NCBI GenBank assembly: GCA_016185435.1
Contig: JACPNN010000013.1
Coordinates: 3,396-67,395, forward strand
Direction: 5' to 3'
From: Candidatus Aenigmatarchaeota archaeon
Lineage (GTDB): Archaea; Aenigmatarchaeota; Aenigmatarchaeia; QMZP01
DNA length: 64,000 nt
In this document: positions 9,969 through 19,538 of the stretch, in pieces
How the letters are laid out: the number at the start of each line of letters is the position of its first letter
Position numbering within the stretch: the first letter of the stretch is position 1
Made by a program: the position numbers and the translations under genes
The notes under the pieces: model-generated
The model's input: the letters and a program-made list of their open reading frames with translations, nothing else
The model's database searches: none
Told to the model about the DNA's origin: nothing

Positions 9969-11346
9969 AATTGCAGATTTGTTTGCCAAAGAGACCGTTG
10001 ACGGAAGGTTCAGAAGCCAGTTGCATGATCTTGTTGGAATTCCGACAATAAGTTCGCAGCCCGAAAGAGGAGATGATATCAGGAAAGGGGCAGGCCTTGT
10101 TCAGAAGTACCTGGAAGATATCGGGGCCGAAACAAAGCTGATAGTGACTCCGGGCAGTCCCCTTGTCTTCGGAAAGATAGAAGGTTCGGTCGGAAGCCCT
10201 ACCATTGGCTTTTACGGCCACTACGATGTGCAGCCGGCTGCTATGGAGGACGGCTGGAATACTGATCCTTTCAGTATGGTGGAAAAGGACGAGGTTTTCT
10301 ATGGAAGAGGGACTGCAGACCAAAAGGGACCGCTCCTGTCCTCAATGGAGGGGGTCAGGCTGGCGCTCAAAGAAGGCCTTGATCTCAATTACATCTTCCT
10401 TGCAGAGGGCGAGGAGGAAATGGGCAGCAGGAACTTCAGGGACGCTATTGACATTGTGGCGGGACGCTTTAAGGCTGATGCCGTCGTCGTGCCGGATGTC
10501 GGCTGGCTCACTGAAAGCATGCCTGCGGTCATGTATGGCCTGAGAGGCCTTGTGTATATGCACTGGACGTACAGGACTGCGGAAAGGGACGGCCATTCCG
10601 GACATCTCGGAGGTGTCGCAGACAACCCCCTTGATGAGCTTATGAGGTTGCGTCAACTGTGCAGCTATTCTGAAACTGGAATCTTCAAGATTCATGAGAT
10701 GTATGATGATATCCGGGAACCAACAGAAGAAGAACTTACGGAATGGAAATCCCTTCCCATTGATCCTGAAACATACAGGAGGGAGCATGGATTGCGGCGG
10801 ATGACTACCCCGCGGATGATTACCAGCGATAAGCTAAAGATGCTGCAAAATGTCTGGGCTTATCCTGCCATGGATTCCCACGGGCTGGCCGGGGGCTACA
10901 ATGTGAGGGATGGAAAGAAAACTGTCATGCCGGCCTATGGCCAGTTGCTTGTGAGCATCCGCATAGTTCCTGACCAAGATCCTCGGAAGGTTTTCAAAGA
11001 GGTGAAATCTTTTATTGAAGGGAAGAACCCCCATGTGGATGTAAAGGCAGCAGCCCTTGCCCGGCCTTATTTGGGAGACTTCAGGGGGCCGCATACCATG
11101 GCCATGGTTGATGCAATGGAGGAAGGTTTTGGAATCAGGCCTGTGAGGATACGCGGCGGCGGAACTATAGGGGCTGTAGCCGACATGGTGGATGTCTTTG
11201 GTAATATTCCCATAGTCATGCCCGGTGTTGAAAAGCCGAGCTATGCTATCCATGGCCCGAATGAGCATTACGGCAAGGATATGGCACGCGGCGTGATAAA
11301 ATCTGTCTTCGGCTACCTGGACAGGGTTTCCCGAATGGGAAAATAA
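9955..11346 (+). CDS. M20/M25/M40 family metallo-dipeptidase
   Basis: YGHYDVQP, YGRGTADQKG, EGEEEMGS and IHGPNE motifs. Confidence 0.93.
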   Translation: MNRPEIADLFAKETVDGRFRSQLHDLVGIPTISSQPERGDDIRKGAGLVQKYLEDIGAETKLIVTPGSPLVFGKIEGSVGSPTIGFYGHYDVQPAAMEDGWNTDPFSMVEKDEVFYGRGTADQKGPLLSSMEGVRLALKEGLDLNYIFLAEGEEEMGSRNFRDAIDIVAGRFKADAVVVPDVGWLTESMPAVMYGLRGLVYMHWTYRTAERDGHSGHLGGVADNPLDELMRLRQLCSYSETGIFKIHEMYDDIREPTEEELTEWKSLPIDPETYRREHGLRRMTTPRMITSDKLKMLQNVWAYPAMDSHGLAGGYNVRDGKKTVMPAYGQLLVSIRIVPDQDPRKVFKEVKSFIEGKNPHVDVKAAALARPYLGDFRGPHTMAMVDAMEEGFGIRPVRIRGGGTIGAVADMVDVFGNIPIVMPGVEKPSYAIHGPNEHYGKDMARGVIKSVFGYLDRVSRMGK

Positions 11347-11424
11347 AAATTGCAGCGGCAATATGCAAATCTGCTTGTTTTGGAGTGCATGCCGCTGACG
11401 TGATGAATATCCGTCCGCAGTTTC

Positions 11425-12114
11425 TTAGTAATCATCTGGAAATAGCTGCGAAGGCAAGTGATTCAGCCCGCTTTTGTCCGGCTGTCTTTCAATCCTGTAC
11501 TCAGGGATGTCTTCATACCCGGATAATCTCTTCCAGCCCACAATCCTGAATTCTTCTGTGCCGGGAGCCAGCACACCCTTCCTTACGAACTTCTGCCTGA
11601 ACCGGTTAACGGTTCTCCATGTCGTGCCGCTGAGTTCAGCCAGGTCAGCGCTGCTGACAGGCAGGATTATGCCCTTCCGGGTCCTGATGCCGATTTTTTT
11701 CGCCATGTGCTTCATTACCATGGCAATAAACGGATAGACGCTACGGCCACTGTATGACCTCTCTGCAATCATGTAATAAGCTTTCTGGGCCTGAAATGCA
11801 AGATAACCATGAAAAGCGAGCTTATCTTCCGGATTCTGCTCAAAATAGTGCATCAGCTCGGCCTTGTCCGTCACCATGATAGCAGAATCGACAATAGCCT
11901 TCGTTTCTGAACGCCTTTTGGGAATGTAGAGGCATCCTTCCCCGAAAATCTCTCCTCTGCCATGCAGCAGGGCAAAGCAGTTGCCGCTTAAGGAAGGGTA
12001 TCTTTCCATCACCGCCCCTTTGTCCACCCTGTATACCCTGTGAGCCTTATCACTGACGGAGTATAGAACCTCCTTCCTTTTCAGCCTGAACCTTTTCCAT
12101 ATGCTTTCCGGCAT
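11425..12114 (-). CDS. Crp/Fnr-family transcriptional regulator
   Basis: cNMP-binding-like GEIFGE and HTH SADLAELSGTTWRTVNR. Confidence 0.8.
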   Translation of the reverse strand: MPESIWKRFRLKRKEVLYSVSDKAHRVYRVDKGAVMERYPSLSGNCFALLHGRGEIFGEGCLYIPKRRSETKAIVDSAIMVTDKAELMHYFEQNPEDKLAFHGYLAFQAQKAYYMIAERSYSGRSVYPFIAMVMKHMAKKIGIRTRKGIILPVSSADLAELSGTTWRTVNRFRQKFVRKGVLAPGTEEFRIVGWKRLSGYEDIPEYRIERQPDKSGLNHLPSQLFPDDY

Positions 12115-12263
12115 AGTTTTCGATCCATTATTTTCACGAATTCTTCCCCCTGAGGGGCACAAACGACATATTTCTGTATCTCCCCGTTTCCGCTATTTCG
12201 CTGCCTCTGCGCCTGTATTTTATCAGCGGGCCCTCGGCCTGGGGGGCCAGCATTATCCCGCCT

Positions 12264-12713
12264 TCAGCCAGCTGCCGGCCGACAATGAATGTCCCAGGGA
12301 TAGCTTTGCAGGCCGCTCATGACATATTCCGGCAGAAAACAGATCGGAGTCACGCCTCTGTTGAACCTGAACAGCCTGCCTTCCCTCAAAGCCGGATATC
12401 TCTGAACAGTTCCCTGAACGTGTCTAAAGGCATTGGGATGGACAATGAGGGAAGCATTTTTCCTTGCTCGGATTTCAAACCATGGCAATCGGATGTCGAT
12501 ATTGTCTGCATTGTCTATGCCCAAATATTCAAGGACGCACCTTACACTCAAGTAATCATCCTCCTTTATCTGAGAATCATCAGGGACTGCTATTTCCGCT
12601 CCGTTCTGCTGGTTGTAGTTGTCTATAGTTTCCTGAATCTCTCTTTTCTCGTTTCCGATGAGGAGAGCTTCAGACACCGGAACACGATACCTGAAATATC
12701 TTATTTCCGCCAT
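12264..12713 (-). CDS. Hypothetical protein
   Basis: 149-aa ORF downstream of hisS. Confidence 0.6.
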   Translation of the reverse strand: MAEIRYFRYRVPVSEALLIGNEKREIQETIDNYNQQNGAEIAVPDDSQIKEDDYLSVRCVLEYLGIDNADNIDIRLPWFEIRARKNASLIVHPNAFRHVQGTVQRYPALREGRLFRFNRGVTPICFLPEYVMSGLQSYPWDIHCRPAAG

Positions 12714-12754
12714 ACCTCACAATTTAAGGGCCAAATTATATAAACAGAACATCC

Positions 12755-14068
12755 CTATCCTTCCTGCATTTTCAGCCTTTTGATTATGCTCTCAAGGTTC
12801 ATTCTTTCCTCTTTCCCTGTCTTCATGTCCTTCAGATGGAAGGCATTTTCCTTCATTTCCTTTTCCCCCACAACAATCACATAGGGCATGCCTGCCGAAT
12901 TGGCATAATCAAGCTGCTTCCTCAAAGGCCGTCCCATGAGGTCTGTCTCCGCATTTATGCCGTTTTCCCTTAAATTCCGGGCTATTCCTATCGCATCATT
13001 TCTCAGGGATTCATTCACGCTTGCCACAAGCACTTTAGTCTTGATCTTGGACATGTCAAGCATGCCCTCAGACTCCATTATGTCATAAAGCCTGTCGATT
13101 CCGAAGGAGAAGCCGGCGCAGGGTGTAGGTTGTCCTCCATAAAGGGCCACAAGGCTGTCATACCTGCCGCCTCCGGCCACGCTGCCCACATTCTTCTTTG
13201 CCTTAATGGAAATCTCGAATATCGGGCCCGTATAATAATCCAGGCCCCTCACGAGGCTCAAATCAATCGAAATGTTCCGGATTCCATACGCTTTGGCCTT
13301 TTCTGCTATCCCTTCCAGCTCTTTTATCCCCTCATCAGCTTCGCTCAATCCCCCCAATTTCTTTCTTATTTTTTCGATCAGCTCTTCCGGCCTCCCTTTC
13401 AGGTCAATAAAGCCTAAAATATCAGACGCCTTCCTTTCCCCTATCACCCTGCCAAGCTCTTTTAAGGTTTCTTCCCTTCCCGCCTTCTCAAACTTGTCAA
13501 GGATCCTGAAAACAGCAGGCTCATCATCCTTTTCCACACCAGCAAATGAAAGAAGGATATTTAATATTTTCCTGTTATTGAGCCTTATTGAGTATTCATT
13601 AAAACCAAGATTCATGAGAACACTCCCAGCAACGGCAAGGCACTCGGCCTCGCAGTCCATGCTTGCCGAACCGACAATGTCGACATCGGCCTGCCAGAAT
13701 TCCCTGTATCTTCCAGATTGAGGGTTATCATATCTCCAGACCTGCTGAATCTGGTATCTCTTGAAGGGCTTTGGCAGCTGCGGGTTGCTGGCTATCACCC
13801 TGGCCAAAGGGACCGTCAGATCAAATCTCAATCCCAATTCCCTGTCACCTTTATCCTTGAAATAGTAAATCTCGTTCTTTATGGCCTCTCCTCCGCCCCC
13901 TTTGGCTGAAAGAAGCTCCCATGACTCAAAGGCAGGCGTCTCAAGGGGCTGGAAGCCGAACCTCTCGAAGATATTCCTCACGGTATCGATAATGTACTGC
14001 CTCTTGATCATCTCCTCAGGGAGGAAGTCCCTGGTTCCCTTGGGTGATTGGAACTTTGACATAGTCAT
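12755..14068 (-). CDS. hisS: Histidine--tRNA ligase
   Basis: PKGTRDF, LRFDLTVP, GRYREFWQ, RGLDYYTG and GGGRYD motifs. Confidence 0.98.
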   Translation of the reverse strand: MTMSKFQSPKGTRDFLPEEMIKRQYIIDTVRNIFERFGFQPLETPAFESWELLSAKGGGGEAIKNEIYYFKDKGDRELGLRFDLTVPLARVIASNPQLPKPFKRYQIQQVWRYDNPQSGRYREFWQADVDIVGSASMDCEAECLAVAGSVLMNLGFNEYSIRLNNRKILNILLSFAGVEKDDEPAVFRILDKFEKAGREETLKELGRVIGERKASDILGFIDLKGRPEELIEKIRKKLGGLSEADEGIKELEGIAEKAKAYGIRNISIDLSLVRGLDYYTGPIFEISIKAKKNVGSVAGGGRYDSLVALYGGQPTPCAGFSFGIDRLYDIMESEGMLDMSKIKTKVLVASVNESLRNDAIGIARNLRENGINAETDLMGRPLRKQLDYANSAGMPYVIVVGEKEMKENAFHLKDMKTGKEERMNLESIIKRLKMQEG

Positions 14069-14787
14069 AATTGACTTCCTAGGTTAAAACCTTTGGACTG
14101 GTATTCCGTAGCTCTGTTTACCGTTACTTGCGCCAGCACCTTGATGGTGTCGATGAACTGGATTTCAGGCATGCATAGATCAAGGAGAGGCAGTTCGGTG
14201 CAGCCGAGGACTATACACTGCGCTCCTTCTGTACACATTCTTTTGGCGATCGAGGCAATGATTTCGACATCGGCCATGCTGCGCCGGCCGGCCATTGTTG
14301 ACTCGATTATGCCGGAAATGTCCTTCTGCTCCAGCGTGGTAACCGGCACACTGCTGATTCCAAATGGTTCAAGAGCCTGTTCGTAGAGCCGGCTCCGAAC
14401 AGTCGTCTCAGTTCCCATAATGCCGACTTTCGCAAAGTTGCGATCCTTTAGAAACCGCGCAGTTTCCTCGACGATGTTGATGACCGGTATGCCGACCGAG
14501 CTGCGCAGGTCCTTGATAAAGACCTGCACCGAGTTGCAGGGGATGGCAATGAATTCGCAGCTACAACTTTCCAGTTTCCGCGCCGCTGTCAGTAACATTT
14601 CCCTAACCCCAACTTCGTTTTCCAGGTCGTACAGGACATCGGGTATCGGCAGGTTGCAGATGAACATCTTCGGGTAGTCGCTGTCATTTGTGGCTGCATA
14701 TTTGCGCTGGAACAGTCTGATTATTTCCATGTAAAACCTTGCCGTCGCTTCCGGCCCCATGCCGCCGATGATGCCGATTGTTTTCAT
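14065..14787 (-). CDS. Aspartate/glutamate racemase family protein
   Basis: IGIIGGMGPEAT, IPCNS and LGCTELP catalytic cysteines. Confidence 0.93.
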   Translation of the reverse strand: MKTIGIIGGMGPEATARFYMEIIRLFQRKYAATNDSDYPKMFICNLPIPDVLYDLENEVGVREMLLTAARKLESCSCEFIAIPCNSVQVFIKDLRSSVGIPVINIVEETARFLKDRNFAKVGIMGTETTVRSRLYEQALEPFGISSVPVTTLEQKDISGIIESTMAGRRSMADVEIIASIAKRMCTEGAQCIVLGCTELPLLDLCMPEIQFIDTIKVLAQVTVNRATEYQSKGFNLGSQL

Positions 14788-15821
14788 CCGATTTCCCTCA
14801 TTATCTTGGAGAAGATGTCCAAAGTGGCATCAACGGCTTCGTCCACATAGCCAAGCTCTTTGGCAATCCGGGAGAATTGCCACATTGTTTCCGGCCGCGT
14901 TTTTTGCAGAAAGGCCCGCGCTTGGTCGATGTCCATGTCGAAAGTTATATCTTCTCTGTTCCGATATGGTGCTACGCTGCCTACTGACGGTGTAATGGCA
15001 TCCTGGGAATAGGCAAAAATGAAGCTCACGTCAGCCCTAGCAATCAGCCTGTCGAAAACCTTCTCCTTCTGGCCACCAATCTTGAGCCGCACGTCGCTTG
15101 TTTGCTTGAGTGCCAGGGCCTCGGCTATCTCCAGAGGAACATACAGCAGCGACGGGTCGCTTGCTCGGTATTTCAGAGGAACTGCGGTTTGCCATTCCTT
15201 CCTGTTTTCTGGCAATCTTTCAAGCAATCCGGACAGTTCATCCACATAGCTGTCTAGAACGAACAACTCCCGTGCCGTCAGCATGAGTACCTCTGCCCCG
15301 GCTTGCTTGGCCATGACCTGGAAAACCGTCTTGCGCCGCTCTTCTTTGCCAACGTCAGACAGTTCCAGCATCTTGCTTAATATGCCAGCCGGCTTCTCGG
15401 AAAGCTTGATGTCCAGTTGGTTGAGGAAATCATACGGGTAGGCATCATAAATAATTGCAGTGGGTTTCCTGCCGGAAAGACTTTCCGCAGACTGCTGGTA
15501 TTTCCGGATAGCTATCATTATCAGTAGGTTGCGGTACTGTTCCAGGTCTCCGCCGATTCCGAAGTAGGCATTTGGCACTTCTTCAAGGGCCTTCAGCCTT
15601 GATACTAGCGGCTTCCTATAATAACCACTTCTGCCTTCTGGGGCAAGATATGGCGCCTGGAAGATAGAAAAGAACGTCTGGACACCAGCAGGCGGCACGT
15701 CGGACAACAGGCCTTTCACATTCGGCAGCTTAAGGTAATCTGTACCGCGCCGCAACTGTTCATAGCCGATCTTATCCTCTATTTTCTTGATAGGATTGTC
15801 AGTAACCATATCAATCACCAC
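14784..15821 (-). CDS. Hypothetical protein, possible class Ic aaRS/CDPS-like fold
   Basis: LYVPLEIAEALAL...LKIGGQKEKVFD resembles the TyrRS/TrpRS YP..Q..D...GG.DQ segment; no HIGH/KMSKS. Confidence 0.55.
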   Translation of the reverse strand: MVIDMVTDNPIKKIEDKIGYEQLRRGTDYLKLPNVKGLLSDVPPAGVQTFFSIFQAPYLAPEGRSGYYRKPLVSRLKALEEVPNAYFGIGGDLEQYRNLLIMIAIRKYQQSAESLSGRKPTAIIYDAYPYDFLNQLDIKLSEKPAGILSKMLELSDVGKEERRKTVFQVMAKQAGAEVLMLTARELFVLDSYVDELSGLLERLPENRKEWQTAVPLKYRASDPSLLYVPLEIAEALALKQTSDVRLKIGGQKEKVFDRLIARADVSFIFAYSQDAITPSVGSVAPYRNREDITFDMDIDQARAFLQKTRPETMWQFSRIAKELGYVDEAVDATLDIFSKIMREIG

Positions 15822-16441
15822 AGCTTAAGCTCTTCCTTTGTCGGCTTGCGGCCGAAATATTTCATCAGAAATTCTTCGGCCTCGCTAATCCATCGTTGCT
15901 CTGGCGTCCCTCCATTAGACCACACGTCCTTGTCTTTTTCCGTAAACGTGTCAAGATAGTGAAGCTTGTTTGATTCGAAAAGCCGGTAAATCAGATCTTT
16001 TGCCACGCTTCGATAGGTTGGATCTATCAACTGGTCTTTGGAAACTGTTTCATCAAGGGCGACAGATCTGAAAATTTCGAATTGGTTTCCGGTGCAGAAT
16101 CTTAACGGAGGGCAAAATTCGAGCTTGGGCAGGTATAGAAGCTCGTATTTAACCCTAACACCATCATTTCCAGTTTTTTCCAATTCAATATCATAATCTT
16201 GCTCATCGTCCTCACTCTGCTTATACCTGTCTCCCTTTCCAAATTTTCTTCTGTATCTAGGTTCTCCAAATATAAAAGGATATTTTTCCAGTGCATATTG
16301 AGTAAGAAAATAATCCATTAATTCATTTGCGCCAGGAGGCCCAATGTCTATTTTTTCCCCGAATGGTACAGGTGTTCTACCAGTGAGATTAAATTCGGCT
16401 ATCAATGCTTCTATCAGTCTCTCAGTTCTAGGGTTTCTCAT
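15815..16441 (-). CDS. Hypothetical protein
   Basis: Start MRNPRTE with GAGGTGA SD just downstream of tRNA-His. Confidence 0.7.
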   Translation of the reverse strand: MRNPRTERLIEALIAEFNLTGRTPVPFGEKIDIGPPGANELMDYFLTQYALEKYPFIFGEPRYRRKFGKGDRYKQSEDDEQDYDIELEKTGNDGVRVKYELLYLPKLEFCPPLRFCTGNQFEIFRSVALDETVSKDQLIDPTYRSVAKDLIYRLFESNKLHYLDTFTEKDKDVWSNGGTPEQRWISEAEEFLMKYFGRKPTKEELKLW

Positions 16442-16718
16442 TTTTATCACCTCTTTCAGGGCCAGGCCCGGGAATTGAACCCGTACCTGAGGCTCCACAG
16501 GCCTCTGTGCCATCCCCTACACCATCCTGGCCATTTTTGAAAATCAGGAATGCAATATTTTTCCTTAAATCAATGGCTATAGAGATGTCAGAATCAGTAT
16601 CAAGAGCGAAATTCTTTCTTATATCGGAAGGAATCGATATCCTTCCCTTTGAATCTATCCTTGCCTTCCTGAAAACAAGGCTCTTAGAGGCAATCTTATC
16701 TCTAAATAAATCGGCTAT
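16428..16718 (-). CDS. AbrB/SpoVT/MazE-type DNA-binding protein overlapping tRNA-His (ATA start or frameshifted)
   Basis: Manual translation ...KARIDSKGRISIPSDIRKNFALDTDSDISI...; GGAGG 7 nt before ATA. Confidence 0.6.
   Translation of the reverse strand: MADLFRDKIASKSLVFRKARIDSKGRISIPSDIRKNFALDTDSDISIAIDLRKNIAFLIFKNGQDGVGDGTEACGASGTGSIPGPGPERGDKNEKP
16460..16532 (-). tRNA. tRNA-His(GUG) with encoded G-1
   Basis: G-GCCAGGA...GAGGC CT GTG GA GCCTC...GGTTCAATTCC...CCTGGC-C cloverleaf. Confidence 0.93.
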
Positions 16719-16831
16719 GAACTAGCCTCCTGCTTTTCCTGCCTACTATGAACTGAACCACCTTTCATGATAATCACCGATATGGATAATGGATGAGCAT
16801 GTATTTATAAATGAGGTGGGATGGCGGAATA

Positions 16832-17308
16832 TCACGGCATGTACTCTCTGAGAGCCATCCTGAGGGCTTCCAGGGCTTCATCTCGTGTCAGGCCGTAACC
16901 TCTTATAATCTTTCCAAGGGTTTGAGTATTGATGCCTCTGTATTTTCCCTCCTCTATAGTAGAAACAGATGCATGGCTTAATCCGGACATGCGCGCCGCC
17001 TCTCTTTGAGTGTAGCCTTTCCTTAAGCGCGCTTTCAGCAGATATTGCCCAAGACTTGTATCCGTTCCTTCGTATTCTGCCTCTTCTCCGGATAGTTCTT
17101 CATATTTCAGCACAGCGCACAGTTTGTTTATCTTTTTCCGGTGCCTGCCGATTTTTGCCAGAGATTCCCCGAATTCCGGAGAGTCATATCCATGCCCCTT
17201 TCCTTTGGCAGAAGCTCTAATAGCCTCACCCTCGCACAGATGAAGCTGATGGAGAAGCTCTTCGAGGGCTTTTTGGTAAATTTCAGCTTCTTCTTTTTCA
17301 TCATTCAT
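16832..17308 (-). CDS. XRE-family HTH protein
   Basis: LKARLRKGYTQREAARMSGLSHASVSTIEEG. Confidence 0.85.
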   Translation of the reverse strand: MNDEKEEAEIYQKALEELLHQLHLCEGEAIRASAKGKGHGYDSPEFGESLAKIGRHRKKINKLCAVLKYEELSGEEAEYEGTDTSLGQYLLKARLRKGYTQREAARMSGLSHASVSTIEEGKYRGINTQTLGKIIRGYGLTRDEALEALRMALREYMP

Positions 17309-17367
17309 AGCAATTCATGCAAAACTCAGAAATTTAAGCTTCTGCCACGTCATTTAACACAATATTT

Positions 17368-17388
17368 GCAATCCTAGTCTGCTGCCTC
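17368..17388 (-). repeat. Duplicated 3' end of nre (21 bp identical to 18296-18316)
   Basis: gcaatcctagtctgctgcctc occurs at both positions and brackets the methyltransferase gene. Confidence 0.85.
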
Positions 17389-17412
17389 TCACGAACATGG
17401 CTCTTATTAAAA

Positions 17413-18270
17413 ATGAATGCAATTGCTGATATGGTGGGAGAAAAAAATATAGCCGACTACTATGACAACTGCGAAATCGATTACAGGCTTATCTGGGACC
17501 TGAAAAGAAGCATGTCGATACACTATGGATACTGGGATAAAGGCACAAGGAACCTCCATGATGCTCTTCTCAACACCAATCGCATAATGGCCCGGAGGAT
17601 AGGGATCAGTAGAAGGGACCACGTCCTTGATGCAGGCTGCGGTGTTGGAGGCTCTTCGATATTTCTTGCAAGGAACTATGGCTGCACTGTGGAAGGGATA
17701 ACGCTCAGCAGGCGACAGGTCAGGAAGGCAAGGCTGAATGCTGAAAGGCATGGGGTTGGCGGGAGTGTTTCGTTCCATGTCGGGAATTTCATGGATACAG
17801 GCTTCCCTGACGGGTCCTTTGATGCCATCTGGGCCATCGAAAGCGTATGCCATGCAGACAGAAAAGCAGATTTCATGAAAGAAGCATATAGGGTTCTCAA
17901 AGAAGGGGGCAGAATTGTGATTGCGGATGGTTTCAAAGCAGAGGGTATAGAGCCGGAGGAAGAAAAGCTGCTGGAAAAAATGATCAGGGGATGGAGCGTC
18001 CCCAATCTCTCAACTGTTAATGCTTTCTGCAGGAGCATGCGAAAAGTAGGTTTCAGGAATGTAAAAATGACAGATGAGACCCTGCACATATTGCCTTCTT
18101 CCAGGAGGCTGTATTATGCGTCTTTTCCAGGCTTGCTGATCACCAAGCTTGGCGAAGTTGCCCGCATAAGAAACAGAATACAGACGGCCAATGTTATGGC
18201 AGCTTATTATCAATACAAGGCCCTCAGGAAAGGTGTCTGGAGATACGGCCTCGTGTCGGCAGAAAAATGA
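17413..18270 (+). CDS. SAM-dependent methyltransferase (tocopherol/sterol MT-like)
   Basis: IHYGYW, VLDAGCGVGG and FDAIWAIESVCH motifs. Confidence 0.9.
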   Translation: MNAIADMVGEKNIADYYDNCEIDYRLIWDLKRSMSIHYGYWDKGTRNLHDALLNTNRIMARRIGISRRDHVLDAGCGVGGSSIFLARNYGCTVEGITLSRRQVRKARLNAERHGVGGSVSFHVGNFMDTGFPDGSFDAIWAIESVCHADRKADFMKEAYRVLKEGGRIVIADGFKAEGIEPEEEKLLEKMIRGWSVPNLSTVNAFCRSMRKVGFRNVKMTDETLHILPSSRRLYYASFPGLLITKLGEVARIRNRIQTANVMAAYYQYKALRKGVWRYGLVSAEK

Positions 18271-18282
18271 ATGGCTTGCAAA

Positions 18283-19440
18283 TCACACAAAACTCGCAAT
18301 CCTAGTCTGCTGCCTCATATGCCTGAGAAGCCTGCTTTCTGCCCTGTACCTCTCCATGGGCAGTGCAAGCCTTGATGATATGTATTCCAGTGCTGCCATT
18401 AAATTTGAAAATCCTGCAGGTTTCGACTGCATGGCCTTTCTGGTCTCTTCCCTGCACAGCCATACTCCTGTCGGAATGTAGCCTCTGTAAGCTTCTCGGA
18501 ATACAACCACTCCTGCCTGTTTCTGCATTCTTTCCAAGGCTTCAAGAACGGCAAATTTCACTGAATAAAAACAACCTCCTACAGAAGAGTATCCGGTCTT
18601 TCCGGTGTACGGCTCCCAGTCCGAGAACAGGAGCTCCTCACTGCCCATCACATGGAGGAAGGTCTCCATCCATTCGTACTGCCAGTAAGTGGGCAAAAGA
18701 AGTATCACGAAATTGTTCTTCATGGCCTGGAACTGGTACGCCTGATATGTGTCAATCATTTCATATTCCTTCACCTTTTTCAGCAAATAGCCGGCCAAAG
18801 TATCATCAACCGCTGTTATGCTCCATCTTGTCGGGACAAGCTTCCTGTTCTTCCCGAGGCCCATCGTGCCGACTGAAAAGGCCTTCTGTATCTGGGAGAA
18901 CAGGAGATTTTTGTTGTATAAATCAACAACAGCTTCAGCCGCTTTTAGGTCAGCGTCATAATATACTTTTTCCAGTTGATACTCCCATTTGACATTTGAG
19001 AAATCAAGAGATTTTATGGGTGCAGATGGGCCAAATGGGCTGTGGTCCATGTTGAATGTGACGCCTCTTGGCCTGCTCTTGAATTCGGCCTCTGTCTCTG
19101 GGGACTGTTTTGCTATAGCTATTTCTTGCAGCTGGCTGACGAATCTGCTGTCAAGATCCTTTATTGAGACAAGGGATTTTCCTCTCACCAGCTGCAGTCT
19201 GAAATTCACAATTGTCTGCAAGAATCTGTTATCCAGCCAGCCTTCAGGCGTATCGAGGCCGGATGTGTCGCCATGAGACGGGGTAAGCATCGGCCCAGCA
19301 TACACTTTAGGATAGCCTGACCGGCCGATAAAGACAGAAGGAGGGGAAGTCCCTTCAAGCCTCTCGCCGACTTCCACAGACCTGAAGCGGCCTGTCCTTG
19401 AGGTGAGCTTTTTCAGGTAAACGCCCTTGCCGATGGCCAT
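18283..19440 (-). CDS. nreA: Nre-family archaeal DNA repair protein
   Basis: SPPSVFIGRSGYPKV, RKLVPTRWSITAVD and C-terminal PIP-like QTRIASF. Confidence 0.88.
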   Translation of the reverse strand: MAIGKGVYLKKLTSRTGRFRSVEVGERLEGTSPPSVFIGRSGYPKVYAGPMLTPSHGDTSGLDTPEGWLDNRFLQTIVNFRLQLVRGKSLVSIKDLDSRFVSQLQEIAIAKQSPETEAEFKSRPRGVTFNMDHSPFGPSAPIKSLDFSNVKWEYQLEKVYYDADLKAAEAVVDLYNKNLLFSQIQKAFSVGTMGLGKNRKLVPTRWSITAVDDTLAGYLLKKVKEYEMIDTYQAYQFQAMKNNFVILLLPTYWQYEWMETFLHVMGSEELLFSDWEPYTGKTGYSSVGGCFYSVKFAVLEALERMQKQAGVVVFREAYRGYIPTGVWLCREETRKAMQSKPAGFSNLMAALEYISSRLALPMERYRAESRLLRHMRQQTRIASFV

Positions 19441-19538
19441 GAATAATTATTGTTCGGACTGTTTTTATAGGCTGACAGGGGAGGAGGCCGCTTTGCCGGT
19501 TGAATTCGATATTTATTCTACCCACTCTAAAGCTATTC

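Noticed and set aside
14065-16532. tRNA-His as an integrase att site with a duplicated tRNA 3' end
   Set aside because: No second copy of the tRNA 3' end and no integrase found
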